NCBI GenBank assembly: GCA_964443545.1
Contig: CAYUCV010000006.1
Span: 1 to 54,418, forward strand
Source of the DNA: an uncultured bacterium
Lineage (GTDB): Bacteria > Margulisbacteria > WOR-1 > JAKLHX01 > JBAZKV01
Direction of reading: 5' to 3'
Length of the DNA: 54,418 nucleotides
Numbering within the stretch: the stretch's first letter is position 1; every line of letters begins with the position of its first letter. Position numbers and translations under genes: made by a program. This document shows, one piece after another, positions 13,569 to 24,274 of the stretch. The notes under the pieces were generated by a model that searched no databases, was not told the DNA's origin, and was given only the letters and a program-made list of their open reading frames with translations.

Positions 13569-15653
13569 ATGGCAAGACAATTCACGCTTGAAAAGACCAG
13601 GAACATCGGTATCATGGCCCACATCGATGCGGGCAAGACCACTCTTACCGAGAGGATCCTTTATTACACGGGCAAGCTGTATAAAATAGGCGAAGTGCAC
13701 GAAGGCACAGCCACCATGGACTGGATGGAGCAGGAAAAAGAGAGGGGCATAACGATCACCTCTGCCTGCACGACCTGTTCCTGGAAAGAGCACAGAATAA
13801 ACATAATAGATACACCCGGCCACGTTGATTTTACCGTGGAAGTGGAAAGGTCCCTGCGAGTACTCGACGGGGTCGTGGCGGTGTTCTGCGCGGTCGGCGG
13901 CGTCCAGCCCCAGAGCGAAACCGTCTGGAGGCAGGCGGTAAGGAACCATGTTCCCAGGCTTGCTTTTGTGAACAAAATGGACAGAGTGGGGGCGGATTTC
14001 AAAAGAGTGATGAAGATGATGCACGAAAGGCTCCACACGCATCCAGTTGCGATACAGCTTCCCATAGGAGCGGAGGACTCTTTTAAGGGCGTAATAGACC
14101 TGGTGGAAATGAAGGCCATAATTTATGAAGATGCCAAAGGTGAAAAATTCAAGGTGGAGCCGATACCCCAGGAGTTAAAAAGCAAGGCTGCAAGGTACCA
14201 TGAAAAAGTTCTTGAAGCGGCTGCTGACGCGGACGATGGATTAATGCTAAAATACTTAGAGGGACACAAGTTAACGGTAGAAGAGATTAAGACCGGGCTT
14301 AGAAAAGGTTCGATCGGCGGGAAAATCGTTCTGGTCACCTGCGGAACCGCTTTCAAGAACAAAGGCGTTCAGCCCCTGCTGGACGCGGTCATAGAGTATC
14401 TTCCTTCACCGGTTGACATACCTGCGGTAAAAGGGATAGACCCCGACAGCGGGGAAGAGGCGATGCGAAGGGCCTTGGACAGCGCTCCCTTTGCAGGTCT
14501 GGCGTTCAAGATAATGACGGACCCGTTCGTTGGAAAACTGACATTTTTTAGGGTGTATTCAGGAACAATGAAAAGCGGATCATATATATTAAATTCGACA
14601 AAAGGGACCAGAGAAAGGATCGGAAGATTGCTGCAGATGCATGCCAATAAAAGAGAAGAGATCGAAGAGGTCAACGCGGGAGATATTGCCGCGGCTGTAG
14701 GACTTAAGAACACTACCACCGGCAACACTCTGTGCGATGAGAAAGCCCCGATAATACTTGAATCCATGGTATTTCCGGAGACGGTCATTTCCGTTGCGAT
14801 AGAGCCCAAGACCAAGGCCGACCAGGAAAAACTGGGGGCCTCTCTGCAAAAGCTCGCCGAAGAAGATCCGACGTTTACGGTCAGGACCGATCCCGAGACC
14901 GGGCAGACCATCATCGGAGGCATGGGAGAGCTGCATCTGGAAATAATAGTGGACAGACTGCTGCGCGAGTTCAAAGTTGATTCCAATGTTGGAAAACCCC
15001 AGGTAGCCTACAGAGAGACCATCAAGGGAGGCGCTCAGGCCGAAGGAAAGTTCATCAGACAGACGGGAGGCCGCGGACAGTACGGCCATGTCTATATAAA
15101 GGTTGAGCCTTCAAAGGAAAAGACCTTTGAGTTTGAGAACAAGATCGTCGGCGGCGCAATTCCGAGGGAATACATTCCTGCTGTCGAAGCCGGCATCAAA
15201 GAGGCAATGACCGGCGGCGTGCTTGCCGGTTACCCGGTCTTGAACGTAAAAGTCACTCTTTATGACGGTTCGTTCCACGAAGTCGATTCTTCCGAGATCG
15301 CATTTAAGATCGCAGGTTCTATGGCTTTTAAAGACGCGGTGATGAAGGCAAAACCCGTGCTGCTGGAGCCAATAATGAAGGTGGAAGTTGTTACCCCGGA
15401 GCAGTATCTCGGGGATGTTATGGGCGACCTCAACAGCAGAAGGGCCCGCATAGAGGGCATGGAATCCTATAAGGAAATGCAGACCATAAAATCAAAAGTG
15501 CCTCTTTCCGAAATGTTCGGATATTCCACGACTCTGCGGTCTTCTTCCCAGGGAAGGGCATCCTATACAATGGAGTTCTCATCCTATGAAGAAGTGTCCA
15601 AGAACATATCGGAAGGCATAATCCTTAAATCGTCGGGAAAGGCGCAGGAATAA
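13569..15653 (+). CDS. fusA: elongation factor G
   Basis: [32 protein letters not shown] GTPase motifs. 694 aa. Confidence 0.98.
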   Translation: MARQFTLEKTRNIGIMAHIDAGKTTLTERILYYTGKLYKIGEVHEGTATMDWMEQEKERGITITSACTTCSWKEHRINIIDTPGHVDFTVEVERSLRVLDGVVAVFCAVGGVQPQSETVWRQAVRNHVPRLAFVNKMDRVGADFKRVMKMMHERLHTHPVAIQLPIGAEDSFKGVIDLVEMKAIIYEDAKGEKFKVEPIPQELKSKAARYHEKVLEAAADADDGLMLKYLEGHKLTVEEIKTGLRKGSIGGKIVLVTCGTAFKNKGVQPLLDAVIEYLPSPVDIPAVKGIDPDSGEEAMRRALDSAPFAGLAFKIMTDPFVGKLTFFRVYSGTMKSGSYILNSTKGTRERIGRLLQMHANKREEIEEVNAGDIAAAVGLKNTTTGNTLCDEKAPIILESMVFPETVISVAIEPKTKADQEKLGASLQKLAEEDPTFTVRTDPETGQTIIGGMGELHLEIIVDRLLREFKVDSNVGKPQVAYRETIKGGAQAEGKFIRQTGGRGQYGHVYIKVEPSKEKTFEFENKIVGGAIPREYIPAVEAGIKEAMTGGVLAGYPVLNVKVTLYDGSFHEVDSSEIAFKIAGSMAFKDAVMKAKPVLLEPIMKVEVVTPEQYLGDVMGDLNSRRARIEGMESYKEMQTIKSKVPLSEMFGYSTTLRSSSQGRASYTMEFSSYEEVSKNISEGIILKSSGKAQE

Positions 15654-15654
15654 A

Positions 15655-15966
15655 GTGTCAAGACAAAAGATAAGGATCAGGCTCAAAGGATACGACCACA
15701 GGATGCTGGACCAGTCCTCTCAGAAGATAATAGAGACGGCAAAGAGGGCAGGGGCAGCGGTTTCGGGGCCGATACCTCTTCCGACCGACAAAGAGGTCTA
15801 CTGCGTACTGAGGTCGCCGCATGTAGATAAAAAGTCGAGGGAGCATTTTGAGATAAGGACGCACAAGAGGCTGATAGACATCCTGGACCCTGCTCCGCAG
15901 ACCGTGGACGCTCTTATGCAGATAGATCTTCCGGCGGGCGTCGATATAGAAATAAAACTTTCTTAA
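15655..15966 (+). CDS. rpsJ: 30S ribosomal protein S10
   Basis: GTG start 1 nt after the fusA stop. [19 protein letters not shown]. Confidence 0.96.
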   Translation: MSRQKIRIRLKGYDHRMLDQSSQKIIETAKRAGAAVSGPIPLPTDKEVYCVLRSPHVDKKSREHFEIRTHKRLIDILDPAPQTVDALMQIDLPAGVDIEIKLS

Positions 15967-15976
15967 AGGAAATAAA

Positions 15977-16609
15977 ATGGGTTTTGGAATATTCGGTAAA
16001 AAATTAGGAATGACCCAGGTATACGACAAGTCGGGAGCAGCCGTTCCGGTCACCGTAATAGAGGCGCTCCCGTGCTTTGTTACCAGGATACTTGAGGAAA
16101 AGAAAGCGGTCCAGATAGGCACAAGGGTTTCAAAAAGGTCTATTAAGCCCATCGTCGGCTCTTATGCTCAGTCGGGCGTTAAAGAGAACCTTAATAAGTT
16201 CGAGGAGTTCGGGGCAGAAGATACCTCAAAGATCGCCCTGGGACAGCAGGTTAAGACGGACATTTTTGCGGCAGGGGAAAAGGTTTCTGTGGTAGGTGTG
16301 TCCATAGGCAAAGGATTTGCCGGTACGATCAAGAGACATCATTTTATGAGAAGCCATATGACCCACGGTTCCAAGTCCCACAGGATCCCGGGGTCTATCG
16401 GGGCGGGCACAACTCCTGGAAGGGTCTATAAGGGAAAAAGGATGGCGGGCAGGATGGGCGGAGAAAAAGTGACAGTTAAGAACCTTATGGTGTTCGAAGC
16501 AGACCCCGAAAAGAACATAGTTCTTATCAAAGGCGCGGTGCCGGGACCCAGGGGCGCTTTTGTAACGATAAAGAGAACGGCTGCTAAAAAGGCGGAAAAG
16601 AAGAAATGA
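15977..16609 (+). CDS. rplC: 50S ribosomal protein L3
   Basis: GKKLGMTQVYD...GKGFAGTIKRHHF. Confidence 0.96.
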   Translation: MGFGIFGKKLGMTQVYDKSGAAVPVTVIEALPCFVTRILEEKKAVQIGTRVSKRSIKPIVGSYAQSGVKENLNKFEEFGAEDTSKIALGQQVKTDIFAAGEKVSVVGVSIGKGFAGTIKRHHFMRSHMTHGSKSHRIPGSIGAGTTPGRVYKGKRMAGRMGGEKVTVKNLMVFEADPEKNIVLIKGAVPGPRGAFVTIKRTAAKKAEKKK

Positions 16610-17232
16610 CAAGCCTGAAACTGATAAATATTAACGGGAAAACTTCGGGAACACTTGAAGCAAGCGACACGGTCTTTTCAAGGACCCCAAAAGAAAGCGT
16701 TGTTCATCTGGCCCTTACCTGGCTTATGGCTTCAAAGAGGCAGGGGACCGCTTCGTCCAAGACCAGGACAGAAGTTAGAGGCGGCGGCAAAAAACCCTGG
16801 AGCCAGAAGGGCACAGGAAGAGCAAGGTCTGGTTCCATAAGGTCTCCTCTGTGGAGAGGCGGAGGGGTCAACTTTGGCCCAAAGCCGAGGGACTTTTCGC
16901 ATTCGCTCAACAAGAAAACAAGAGAAGCCGCAATAGCGATGGTGATAAGCGATAAAGCCATATCTGACAAGTTGAAGGTGATAGACCAGGAATTGCCCGC
17001 TTCGGGAAAGACAAAGGATATGTCGGCATTCCTTGAAAAGCTGGGAGCTCTAAACAGCCTTATGGTATTTGACGGGGCCGGCGAAAAGACAATTAGGTCC
17101 GCAAAAAATTTGAAAGCTTCAAAACTGGTGTTCTCCAAGGACATAAATGTGCTTGATGTAGTAGCGCATGAATGGCTGCTCCTGGACAAGGCTGCGGTCA
17201 AAAGCCTGGAAAAGAGGTACGCAGGAAAATGA
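16606..17232 (+). CDS. rplD: 50S ribosomal protein L4
   Basis: ATGA overlap with rplC. RGGGKKPWSQKGTGRARSGSIRSPLWRGGG. Confidence 0.96.
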   Translation: MTSLKLININGKTSGTLEASDTVFSRTPKESVVHLALTWLMASKRQGTASSKTRTEVRGGGKKPWSQKGTGRARSGSIRSPLWRGGGVNFGPKPRDFSHSLNKKTREAAIAMVISDKAISDKLKVIDQELPASGKTKDMSAFLEKLGALNSLMVFDGAGEKTIRSAKNLKASKLVFSKDINVLDVVAHEWLLLDKAAVKSLEKRYAGK

Positions 17233-17522
17233 GGAACTTTGATCAGATAATAATCAGGCCGATAATAACAGAAAAATCAACCGGACTTAAAGCTTCGTCA
17301 GATATCTATGCTTTTTCCGTTCTGCCTGATGCCACAAAGGTGGACATCAAGAACGCGGTCGAGAAGCTTTTTAACGTTAAGGTCCTAAGCGTCAACACCA
17401 TAAACTCCGACGGCAGAAGAAGACAGGTCGGTCGCAGCGTCGGCAGGAGCGCAAGGATAAAGAAGGCTTATGTCAAACTTATGAGCGGACAAAAAATTGA
17501 GATGCTTGAAGGGATGTTGTAA
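17229..17522 (+). CDS. rplW: 50S ribosomal protein L23
   Basis: Internal ATG 17229 (ATGA overlap with rplD). [17 protein letters not shown]. Confidence 0.93.
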   Translation: MRNFDQIIIRPIITEKSTGLKASSDIYAFSVLPDATKVDIKNAVEKLFNVKVLSVNTINSDGRRRQVGRSVGRSARIKKAYVKLMSGQKIEMLEGML

Positions 17523-17524
17523 AA

Positions 17525-18352
17525 ATGGCAATTAAAACAAGAAGACCGATCACGCCGGGGACCAGAGAAAGGATAGATATATCCTACGACGATATAACCT
17601 GCACTACGCCGGAGAGGTCACTTACACGGGTGCTCCACAAGCATGCCGGAAGGGACTTTACGGGCAGGATAAGAGTAAGGCATCAGGGCGGCGGCAATAA
17701 GAGGAAATACCGCCTGATAGACTTCAAGAGGGACAAGGACAGTATTACGGCCACGGTAAAGACGATAGAGTATGATCCAAACAGGAATTGCAGGATAAGC
17801 CTGGTGGAATATGACGACAAAGAACTCCGCTACATACTTACCCCGCTGGGCTTGAGCGTAGGCGACAGGATAGAATCGGGTGCGGATGCAGATATAACTC
17901 TGGGTAACTGCCTCCCGATCAAGAATATTCCTGAAGGCACCACGGTGCACAATGTGGAAATGGTCCCTCAAAAAGGCGGACAGCTGGCCAGGTCGGCGGG
18001 CTCCTTTGCGGTGGTCTCTTCAAAAGAAGGACGCTTTGCCACTCTCAAACTGCCTTCTGGCGAGGAGAGGCTTATCAGCATAGAGTGCAGGGCCACAATC
18101 GGACAGGTGGGAAATCTTGATGTCAAGAACATTTCTCTGGGCAAAGCGGGCAGGAGCAGGCACAGAGGGATCAGGCCGAGCGTAAGAGGTATTGCAATGA
18201 ACCCATGCGACCATCCGCACGGAGGCGGCGAAGGCAGATCGCCGATTGGACGTCCGGGGCCGGTCAGCCCTACAGGCAAGCCGACACTGGGCTTTAAGAC
18301 CAGAGGCAAGAGAAAAGCAAGCAGCAAGTACATTCTTGTCAGGAGGAAATAG
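17525..18352 (+). CDS. rplB: 50S ribosomal protein L2
   Basis: [17 protein letters not shown]...[17 protein letters not shown]. Confidence 0.98.
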   Translation: MAIKTRRPITPGTRERIDISYDDITCTTPERSLTRVLHKHAGRDFTGRIRVRHQGGGNKRKYRLIDFKRDKDSITATVKTIEYDPNRNCRISLVEYDDKELRYILTPLGLSVGDRIESGADADITLGNCLPIKNIPEGTTVHNVEMVPQKGGQLARSAGSFAVVSSKEGRFATLKLPSGEERLISIECRATIGQVGNLDVKNISLGKAGRSRHRGIRPSVRGIAMNPCDHPHGGGEGRSPIGRPGPVSPTGKPTLGFKTRGKRKASSKYILVRRK

Positions 18353-18354
18353 GG

Positions 18355-18639
18355 ATGGCAAGATCGCTTAAAAAAGGCCCTTTTGTTGACTATCATCTGA
18401 TGGAAAAAGTGGAGAAGGCCGCAAGGACCGGGGACAAAAAGATCATAAAGACCTGGTCAAGAAGGTCAACGATAGTCCCTGAGATGATAGGGCTTACCTT
18501 TGCGGTCCATAACGGCTTGAAGCACATACCTGTCTATATAACCGAGAACATGGTAGGGCACAAACTCGGGGAGTTTTCTCCCACGAGAAATTTTAGGGGC
18601 CACAGCGCTCCCACCGATAAATCGGCGTCCCTTACGTGA
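18355..18639 (+). CDS. rpsS: 30S ribosomal protein S19
   Basis: [12 protein letters not shown]...[16 protein letters not shown]. Confidence 0.97.
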   Translation: MARSLKKGPFVDYHLMEKVEKAARTGDKKIIKTWSRRSTIVPEMIGLTFAVHNGLKHIPVYITENMVGHKLGEFSPTRNFRGHSAPTDKSASLT

Positions 18640-18660
18640 TGAAAGGAAGGATCCCAGGAA

Positions 18661-19017
18661 ATGAAGGTTAAGGCGCAGGCAAAATATCAAAGGGTTTCGG
18701 AAAGAAAAGTAAAAAGGGTTCTTGACCTTGTGCGGGGCAAGATGGCCAAAGAAGCTCTTGTCATACTTAAGTTCCTTCCTCATTCGGCAGCAAAGCTCGC
18801 CGAGAATGCTTTGAAGTCGGCTGTGGCAAATGCCAAGAACAACTATAAGATGGACGAAGCCTCTCTTGTCCTTTCCGAGTGCTATGTCGGCAGGGCCACG
18901 CCGCTTAAGAGGATAAGACCCAGGGCAAGAGGAAGGGCTTTTTCGAGGATCAGGAGGTTCTCTCATATCACCATGTTCGTCGAAAGTCTGCAGGAACAAA
19001 AAGCGGAGGCAAAATAA
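18661..19017 (+). CDS. rplV: 50S ribosomal protein L22
   Basis: Order within the S10 cluster. [17 protein letters not shown]. Confidence 0.95.
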   Translation: MKVKAQAKYQRVSERKVKRVLDLVRGKMAKEALVILKFLPHSAAKLAENALKSAVANAKNNYKMDEASLVLSECYVGRATPLKRIRPRARGRAFSRIRRFSHITMFVESLQEQKAEAK

Positions 19018-19706
19018 TGGGCCAGAAGATCCACCCGAGAGGGTTCAGGCTGGGAATAATCGAGGATTGGTACAGCACATGGTTTGCCCAGGGCGACAGC
19101 TACGCGGACAACCTTGAGGAAGACCGTAGCATAAGGGACTTTTTAAAGAAAAAACTGTTTAGGGCCGGTATCTCAAAGATAAAGATACACCGCAGGGCCA
19201 ACCAGATAGAGATAGCCATCTATACTGCAAAGCCCGGACTCATCATAGGAAAAGGCGGAAGAGATGTTGCTCTTGTGCGGGACGAACTCGTAAAGCTCAT
19301 AAAAAATCAGGTCCAGCTTGATATTCAGGAAGAAAGCAATTCGGAGACCTGTTCGATACTGGTGGCAGAGAACATAGCCAGCCAGCTGGAAAAAAGGATA
19401 GCCTTTAGGAGAGTGATGAGGCAGACCGTGCTTAAAGTTCTGCGCCAGGGAGCTAAAGGTATCAAGGTGATGATCGCGGGAAGGCTTGGCGGAGCCGAGA
19501 TAGCGCGTACGGAGTGGTACAGAAGAGGACAGGTGCCTCTTCATACGCTCAGGGCAAGGATCGATTACGGCTTTACCGAGGCCATGACGCTTTACGGAAA
19601 GATAGGCGTCAAGGTCTGGATCTATAAAGGCGATGTTCTTCCGGAAAAAGAAAGAAAGGCTCAGACAACGGCCCAGGAACAGGTCGTTACTCAGATGACG
19701 ATGTGA
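19017..19706 (+). CDS. rpsC: 30S ribosomal protein S3
   Basis: [14 protein letters not shown]...KH domain...[26 protein letters not shown]. Confidence 0.97.
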   Translation: MGQKIHPRGFRLGIIEDWYSTWFAQGDSYADNLEEDRSIRDFLKKKLFRAGISKIKIHRRANQIEIAIYTAKPGLIIGKGGRDVALVRDELVKLIKNQVQLDIQEESNSETCSILVAENIASQLEKRIAFRRVMRQTVLKVLRQGAKGIKVMIAGRLGGAEIARTEWYRRGQVPLHTLRARIDYGFTEAMTLYGKIGVKVWIYKGDVLPEKERKAQTTAQEQVVTQMTM

Positions 19707-19715
19707 GGTAAAAAA

Positions 19716-20126
19716 ATGGTATTGCAGCCGGGACGCACTAAATTCAGAAAACAGCAGAGAGGAATGATGAAGGGCAGGGCCTGCCGAGGAAACACTCTTG
19801 CCTTTGGACAGTTCGGCCTGCAGTCCCTTGAGACCGCATGGCTAAAGGTGTCCCAGATAGAATCCGCAAGAAAGGCTCTTACGCATTTTGTAAAAAGAGG
19901 CGGCAAGGTCTGGATAAGGGTTCTGGCCGACAAACCCTATTCCTCAAGGCCGGCAGAAACAAGGATGGGCGGCGGTAAGGGAGCCCCGGAATATTTTGTC
20001 GCTCCAGTCAAACCGGGCACCATAATATTTGAGCTGGCCGGTGTCAGCCATAAAGACGCCAAAGAAGCCATGAGGCTGGCCGGGCACAAAATGCCCGTGA
20101 TGACCAGGTTCGTGGAAAAAGCATAG
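19716..20126 (+). CDS. rplP: 50S ribosomal protein L16
   Basis: [14 protein letters not shown]...[19 protein letters not shown]. Confidence 0.97.
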   Translation: MVLQPGRTKFRKQQRGMMKGRACRGNTLAFGQFGLQSLETAWLKVSQIESARKALTHFVKRGGKVWIRVLADKPYSSRPAETRMGGGKGAPEYFVAPVKPGTIIFELAGVSHKDAKEAMRLAGHKMPVMTRFVEKA

Positions 20127-20134
20127 GAAGGCAA

Positions 20135-20335
20135 ATGATGAAGTACTCAAAAATAAAAGAAATGAGCGAGCAGGAGATCAGGGTAAAAGAGGCCGAACTG
20201 CGTAAAGAGCTTCTTAAGTTCAGGTTCGAGTCTGCGGTAACGCAGGTCAAGAACCCGCTCAAAAAAAGGTCCCTGCGCAAGGACATAGCAAGACTTTTGA
20301 CCGCTGCAAGGGAGAAGAAGAATGCAGGAAAATAA
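20135..20335 (+). CDS. rpmC: 50S ribosomal protein L29
   Basis: Position and [21 protein letters not shown]. Confidence 0.93.
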   Translation: MMKYSKIKEMSEQEIRVKEAELRKELLKFRFESAVTQVKNPLKKRSLRKDIARLLTAAREKKNAGK

Positions 20336-20597
20336 CAGGGAGAACAGGAAAAAATCAAGAACGGGTTTTGTCGTAAGCGACAAAATGAACAAAACCGTGG
20401 TAGTAGCTGTAGAGAGGCTGTTCAAGCACCCGCTCTATAAAAAAACCATCAAGAGGCTGTCCCGGTTCAAGGCCCACGATGAAGAAAACACATGCAAGAC
20501 CGGGGACAGGGTTGAAATAATCGAGACCAAGCCGATCTCAAAGGACAAGAGATGGAGAGTGGTTAAAATTCTTGGGGCGGAAAGGGACCAGGCGTAA
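20322..20597 (+). CDS. rpsQ: 30S ribosomal protein S17
   Basis: 14-nt overlap with rpm[28 protein letters not shown]. Confidence 0.95.
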   Translation: MQENNRENRKKSRTGFVVSDKMNKTVVVAVERLFKHPLYKKTIKRLSRFKAHDEENTCKTGDRVEIIETKPISKDKRWRVVKILGAERDQA

Positions 20598-20598
20598 A

Positions 20599-20967
20599 AT
20601 GATACAGGTTCAAACAAGGCTGAATGTGGCCGACAATTCCGGAGCAAAACAGATCCTGTGTGTCAGGATACTGGGGACCTCTTTTAGAAGGTATGCCAGT
20701 GTTGGAGATGTGATAATCGGCGTTGTTAAGGACGCCACCCCCAACATGACGGTCAAAAAAAGCGCGGTGGTCAAAGCCGTGGTCGTAAGGGTTAAAAAAC
20801 CTCTGCGCAGGGACGACGCTTCCTATGTAAGCTTTGACGACAACGCGGCAGTTCTCATAAACGACCAGGGCAACCCCATCGGCACGAGGGTGTTTGGCCC
20901 GGTGGCAAGAGAGCTGCGCGACAAGAACTATATGAAAATAATCTCATTAGCGGTAGAGGTGGTATAA
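20599..20967 (+). CDS. rplN: 50S ribosomal protein L14
   Basis: Internal ATG 20599. [17 protein letters not shown]. Confidence 0.96.
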   Translation: MIQVQTRLNVADNSGAKQILCVRILGTSFRRYASVGDVIIGVVKDATPNMTVKKSAVVKAVVVRVKKPLRRDDASYVSFDDNAAVLINDQGNPIGTRVFGPVARELRDKNYMKIISLAVEVV

Positions 20968-20968
20968 G

Positions 20969-21277
20969 ATGCAGCCAAGAATTAAAAAAGGCGATACAGC
21001 CCTGGTCATTTCGGGAAAAGATAAAGGCAAAAAAGGAAAAGTCCTTAAGGTCCTGCCGGACAAGGACTGTGCCATTGTTGAAAAGATCAACACAGTAAAA
21101 AGACATTTAAAGGCCAACAGGAACTTTCAGGGAGGCATAATAGAGAAACTGCTGCCGATCCGGCTGTCCAAGCTCATGGCCGTTTGCCCGCACTGCTCAA
21201 AGCCGTCCCGACTTATTAAAAAGGACTCTTACAGGGCCTGTGCCAAGTGTAAAGAGATCATAGACAAGGTGAAATAA
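20969..21277 (+). CDS. rplX: 50S ribosomal protein L24 (Cys4 C-terminal hairpin)
   Basis: KOW motif [20 protein letters not shown]. The C-terminus has CPHC-x14-CAKC. Confidence 0.95.
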   Translation: MQPRIKKGDTALVISGKDKGKKGKVLKVLPDKDCAIVEKINTVKRHLKANRNFQGGIIEKLLPIRLSKLMAVCPHCSKPSRLIKKDSYRACAKCKEIIDKVK

Positions 21278-21278
21278 A

Positions 21279-21821
21279 GTGACAACCCTAAAGCAAAAGT
21301 ACGACAAGGTCATAATAAAAGAGCTCACAAAGGAATTTTCCTACACCAACAGGATGCAAGTCCCGTGCGTAAAGAAGGTCGTCATCAACAGAGGGCTCGG
21401 GGAATCCGTTTCCAATCCAAAGGCCATGGACACCTCTCTTGCTGAGCTTGCCTCGATCACCGGACAGAAGCCCGCGGTCACAAAAGCAAAAAAATCAATC
21501 GCTGCTTTCAAACTCAGGGCCAAACAGCCCATCGGCTGCAAGGTTACGCTGAGAGGAACAAGGATGTACCACTTTCTTGACAAACTGATCAACATCTGCC
21601 TGCCGCGTATAAGGGACTTTAAAGGGATCTCTCCTAAGTCCTTTGACGGGCACGGCAACTATACAATGGGCGTAACAGAGCAGCTCATATTCCCCGAGAT
21701 AGACTATGACAAGGTCGACAAGATCAGGGGGATGGATATAACTATCTGCACCACGGCAAAGACCGATAAAGAGGCCAGGGCTCTTCTGACCCTCATGGGC
21801 ATGCCGTTTAGGGCAGCATAA
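21279..21821 (+). CDS. rplE: 50S ribosomal protein L5
   Basis: GTG start. Contains [10 protein letters not shown] and [24 protein letters not shown]. Confidence 0.96.
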   Translation: MTTLKQKYDKVIIKELTKEFSYTNRMQVPCVKKVVINRGLGESVSNPKAMDTSLAELASITGQKPAVTKAKKSIAAFKLRAKQPIGCKVTLRGTRMYHFLDKLINICLPRIRDFKGISPKSFDGHGNYTMGVTEQLIFPEIDYDKVDKIRGMDITICTTAKTDKEARALLTLMGMPFRAA

Positions 21822-21837
21822 CGGAGGAACAAGAAGA

Positions 21838-22023
21838 ATGGGCAAGACATCCTGGCTGGCAAAACTGAAGAAAAAAGTCAAATTCCCGACAAGAAGGAAG
21901 GCCCGCTGCAGAAAGTGCGGAAGGGCCAGGGCGGTGATAAAAAAATTCGGACTCTGCAGGATCTGCTTCAGGAGCGCGGCTCACAACGGGCTGCTTCCCG
22001 GAGTGACCAAATCGAGCTGGTAA
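21838..22023 (+). CDS. rpsN: 30S ribosomal protein S14, type Z (zinc form)
   Basis: 61 aa with CRKCG...CRICFR. Confidence 0.95.
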   Translation: MGKTSWLAKLKKKVKFPTRRKARCRKCGRARAVIKKFGLCRICFRSAAHNGLLPGVTKSSW

Positions 22024-22033
22024 AGGAGCACAA

Positions 22034-22432
22034 ATGACTATACAAGACCCGATAGGCGACATGTTCTTGAGGATCAAGAACGCAATAACTAAAAAAGACG
22101 ACAGGCTGGAGATGCCGGGCTCGACAATGAAGGCAAAAATAGCGGAACTGCTCAAAAACGAGGGATATATACATGGTTTTGAGGTCCTTGCCAAAGGCTC
22201 CCGCAAGGTCCTAAAGATCGATCTAAAGTACGGACCCGACAAAAAGTGCGCCATCAGCGGCATCAAGAGGGTGAGCAAGCCCTCGAGGCATTTGTACTCG
22301 GGAGCAAAGAACATACCTTTTGTGCAGAGCGGCTACGGATTGGCGATAATCTCAACTTCGCAGGGGCTGATGACGGATTCTCTGGCACGGCAGAAAAAGG
22401 TCGGCGGGGAAGTCATCTGCCAGATATGGTAG
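22034..22432 (+). CDS. rpsH: 30S ribosomal protein S8
   Basis: DPIGDMFLRIKNA...GGEVICQIW. Confidence 0.96.
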   Translation: MTIQDPIGDMFLRIKNAITKKDDRLEMPGSTMKAKIAELLKNEGYIHGFEVLAKGSRKVLKIDLKYGPDKKCAISGIKRVSKPSRHLYSGAKNIPFVQSGYGLAIISTSQGLMTDSLARQKKVGGEVICQIW

Positions 22433-22439
22433 GAGTAAT

Positions 22440-22985
22440 ATGTCAAGAATAGGAAAAGCTCCGATAGAGGTCCCGTCAGGTGTCGAGGTAAAGATAGACG
22501 GCACTAAGATCTCGGTAAAAGGCCCCAAAGGCCAGACTTCGCTTACCTTTGATCCCTCGATAAAGGTAGAGCTCGAAGGGACCACGCTGCTTGTTAAGAG
22601 GACAAGCGAAGAAAAGAAGGTCAGGTCCATGCACGGCCTCTACAGGTCTATGATAGCCAATATGGTAAAAGGCGTCCATACCGGCTTTGAAAAAGTACTC
22701 GAAATAGTGGGCGTGGGTTATAAGGCTGCAAAGGAAGGAAAGAACCTGAACCTTTCCATGGGGTATTCCCATCCCGTTGTCATTGTTCCTCCTGCAGGGG
22801 TGGAGTTTTCCCTTGAGGGCCAGACCAAGATAAAGATCTCCGGATGCGATCCTGTTGTCATAGGGCAGATAGCCACCGACATCAAGCATGTTCGGCCTGT
22901 GGAGCCTTATAAGGGCAAGGGGATCCGTTACAGCGGACAGTATGTAAGAAGAAAAGCGGGCAAGACCGCGGCAAAAGCGGCATAA
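22440..22985 (+). CDS. rplF: 50S ribosomal protein L6
   Basis: MSRIGKAPIEVPSGVEV...PEPYKGKGIRY. Confidence 0.96.
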   Translation: MSRIGKAPIEVPSGVEVKIDGTKISVKGPKGQTSLTFDPSIKVELEGTTLLVKRTSEEKKVRSMHGLYRSMIANMVKGVHTGFEKVLEIVGVGYKAAKEGKNLNLSMGYSHPVVIVPPAGVEFSLEGQTKIKISGCDPVVIGQIATDIKHVRPVEPYKGKGIRYSGQYVRRKAGKTAAKAA

Positions 22986-23003
22986 TTTTTTTGGGAGAAC
23001 GAA

Positions 23004-23330
23004 ATGAAAGACATTAAGAAAAAAATATTCGGGAGGTCGGACAGGCCGAGACTGTCGGTCTTTATAAGCCTTAAGAATATTTACGCACAGATAATAGACG
23101 ACGATAACTCCAGGACGCTTGTAAGCGCCTCTACGGTGGACAAAGAAGTTAAAAAGGACAAAAAGACGGCGGTCAATATTGCCGCGGCAAAAAAGGTCGG
23201 CGAGCTGCTGGCAAAAAGGGCGCTGGGAAAAGGCATCAGCACTGTTGTTTTTGACAGGGGGGAAAAAAAGTACCACGGAAGGATCGAGGCTCTTGCGCAG
23301 AGCGTAAGGGCGGCCGGGCTGAAATTTTAA
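23004..23330 (+). CDS. rplR: 50S ribosomal protein L18
   Basis: RPRLSVFISLKNIYAQIIDD...FDRGEKKYHGRIEALA. Confidence 0.95.
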   Translation: MKDIKKKIFGRSDRPRLSVFISLKNIYAQIIDDDNSRTLVSASTVDKEVKKDKKTAVNIAAAKKVGELLAKRALGKGISTVVFDRGEKKYHGRIEALAQSVRAAGLKF

Positions 23331-23342
23331 CAGGAGGAAAAA

Positions 23343-23816
23343 GTGGCTCAATACAGAAGGAACGAAGAAGTTAAAGAATACAACGAGAAGGTGGTCCAGA
23401 TCAGGAGAGTGACCAAGGTGGTCAAGGGCGGGAAAAAGATGAGCTTCCGCGCTCTTGTTATTGTGGGCAACGGCAAAGGCAAGGTCGGGCTGGGGCTTGG
23501 CAAGGCCAACGAAGTCGCTTCCGCTATAAGAAAAGCCGTTGAGGACGGCAAAAAGAACCTGATAACCGTTGATATAAAGGACGGCACCATCGCGCACGAC
23601 TGCACAGGAAGGTTTTCTGCAAGCAGCACGGTCATAAAGCCGGCCCCTTCCGGGACAGGCGTTATTGCCGGAGGTTCTGTAAGGACGGTGCTGGAGCTGG
23701 CAGGCATCAAGAACATAGTCGCAAAATCCATCGGATCTGCAAATGCCATCAATGTGGCAAGGGCGACCATAGACGGACTGCTTCAGCTAAAAAGAACAGA
23801 GGTACAGGCGTCATGA
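23343..23816 (+). CDS. rpsE: 30S ribosomal protein S5
   Basis: GTG start. [30 protein letters not shown]. Confidence 0.96.
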   Translation: MAQYRRNEEVKEYNEKVVQIRRVTKVVKGGKKMSFRALVIVGNGKGKVGLGLGKANEVASAIRKAVEDGKKNLITVDIKDGTIAHDCTGRFSASSTVIKPAPSGTGVIAGGSVRTVLELAGIKNIVAKSIGSANAINVARATIDGLLQLKRTEVQAS

Positions 23817-24274
23817 TAAAACTCGGGCACATATCTCCCGCAAAAGGCGCAAGGAAAAAAGCGAAAAAAGTTGCCAGGGGGCACGGGAGCGGGCACGGTA
23901 AAACCGCCTGCAGAGGGCATAAAGGACAGAAGAGCCGCTCCGGGGGAGGCAAAGGCATAAGGTTCGAGGGAGGACAGACGCCGCTCTACAGAAGACTTCC
24001 CAAGATGGGGACCTTCAAGAACTATCCGTTCAAACAGGTGTATAACATACTTAACATCGCGCAGCTGGAGGTTTTTGAGGAAGGGGCCGTGGTAAAACTG
24101 CAGGACCTGATGAGCAAGTTCTTTTCTTCCACAAAAAAAGCGGCTCTTCTTCCGGTCAAAGTTCTCGGAGGCGGAGAGCTGAGCAAGAAACTGTCGGTAG
24201 AAGCGCATAAGTTCAGCGAAGAAGCGGCCAAAAAGATAGAAGCCGCAAAAGGAAAGGCGATCGTAATTAAGTGA
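23813..24274 (+). CDS. rplO: 50S ribosomal protein L15
   Basis: ATGA overlap with rps[26 protein letters not shown]. Confidence 0.95.
   Translation: MIKLGHISPAKGARKKAKKVARGHGSGHGKTACRGHKGQKSRSGGGKGIRFEGGQTPLYRRLPKMGTFKNYPFKQVYNILNIAQLEVFEEGAVVKLQDLMSKFFSSTKKAALLPVKVLGGGELSKKLSVEAHKFSEEAAKKIEAAKGKAIVIK

Noticed and set aside
13074-14042. 322-aa minus-strand ORF opposite rpsG/fusA. Similar cases are 1982-2938, 10630-11367, 12106-12806 and 3518-4219.
   Set aside because: These are antisense shadows of strongly conserved genes. 1982-2938 would also run through the tRNA-Trp gene. There is no independent coding evidence.
22476-23597. 373-aa ORF on the minus strand spanning rplF, rplR and rpsE
   Set aside because: It is entirely antisense to three highly conserved ribosomal genes. 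The translation is low-complexity with no recognisable motifs, SD or promoter. It is a codon-bias shadow ORF.
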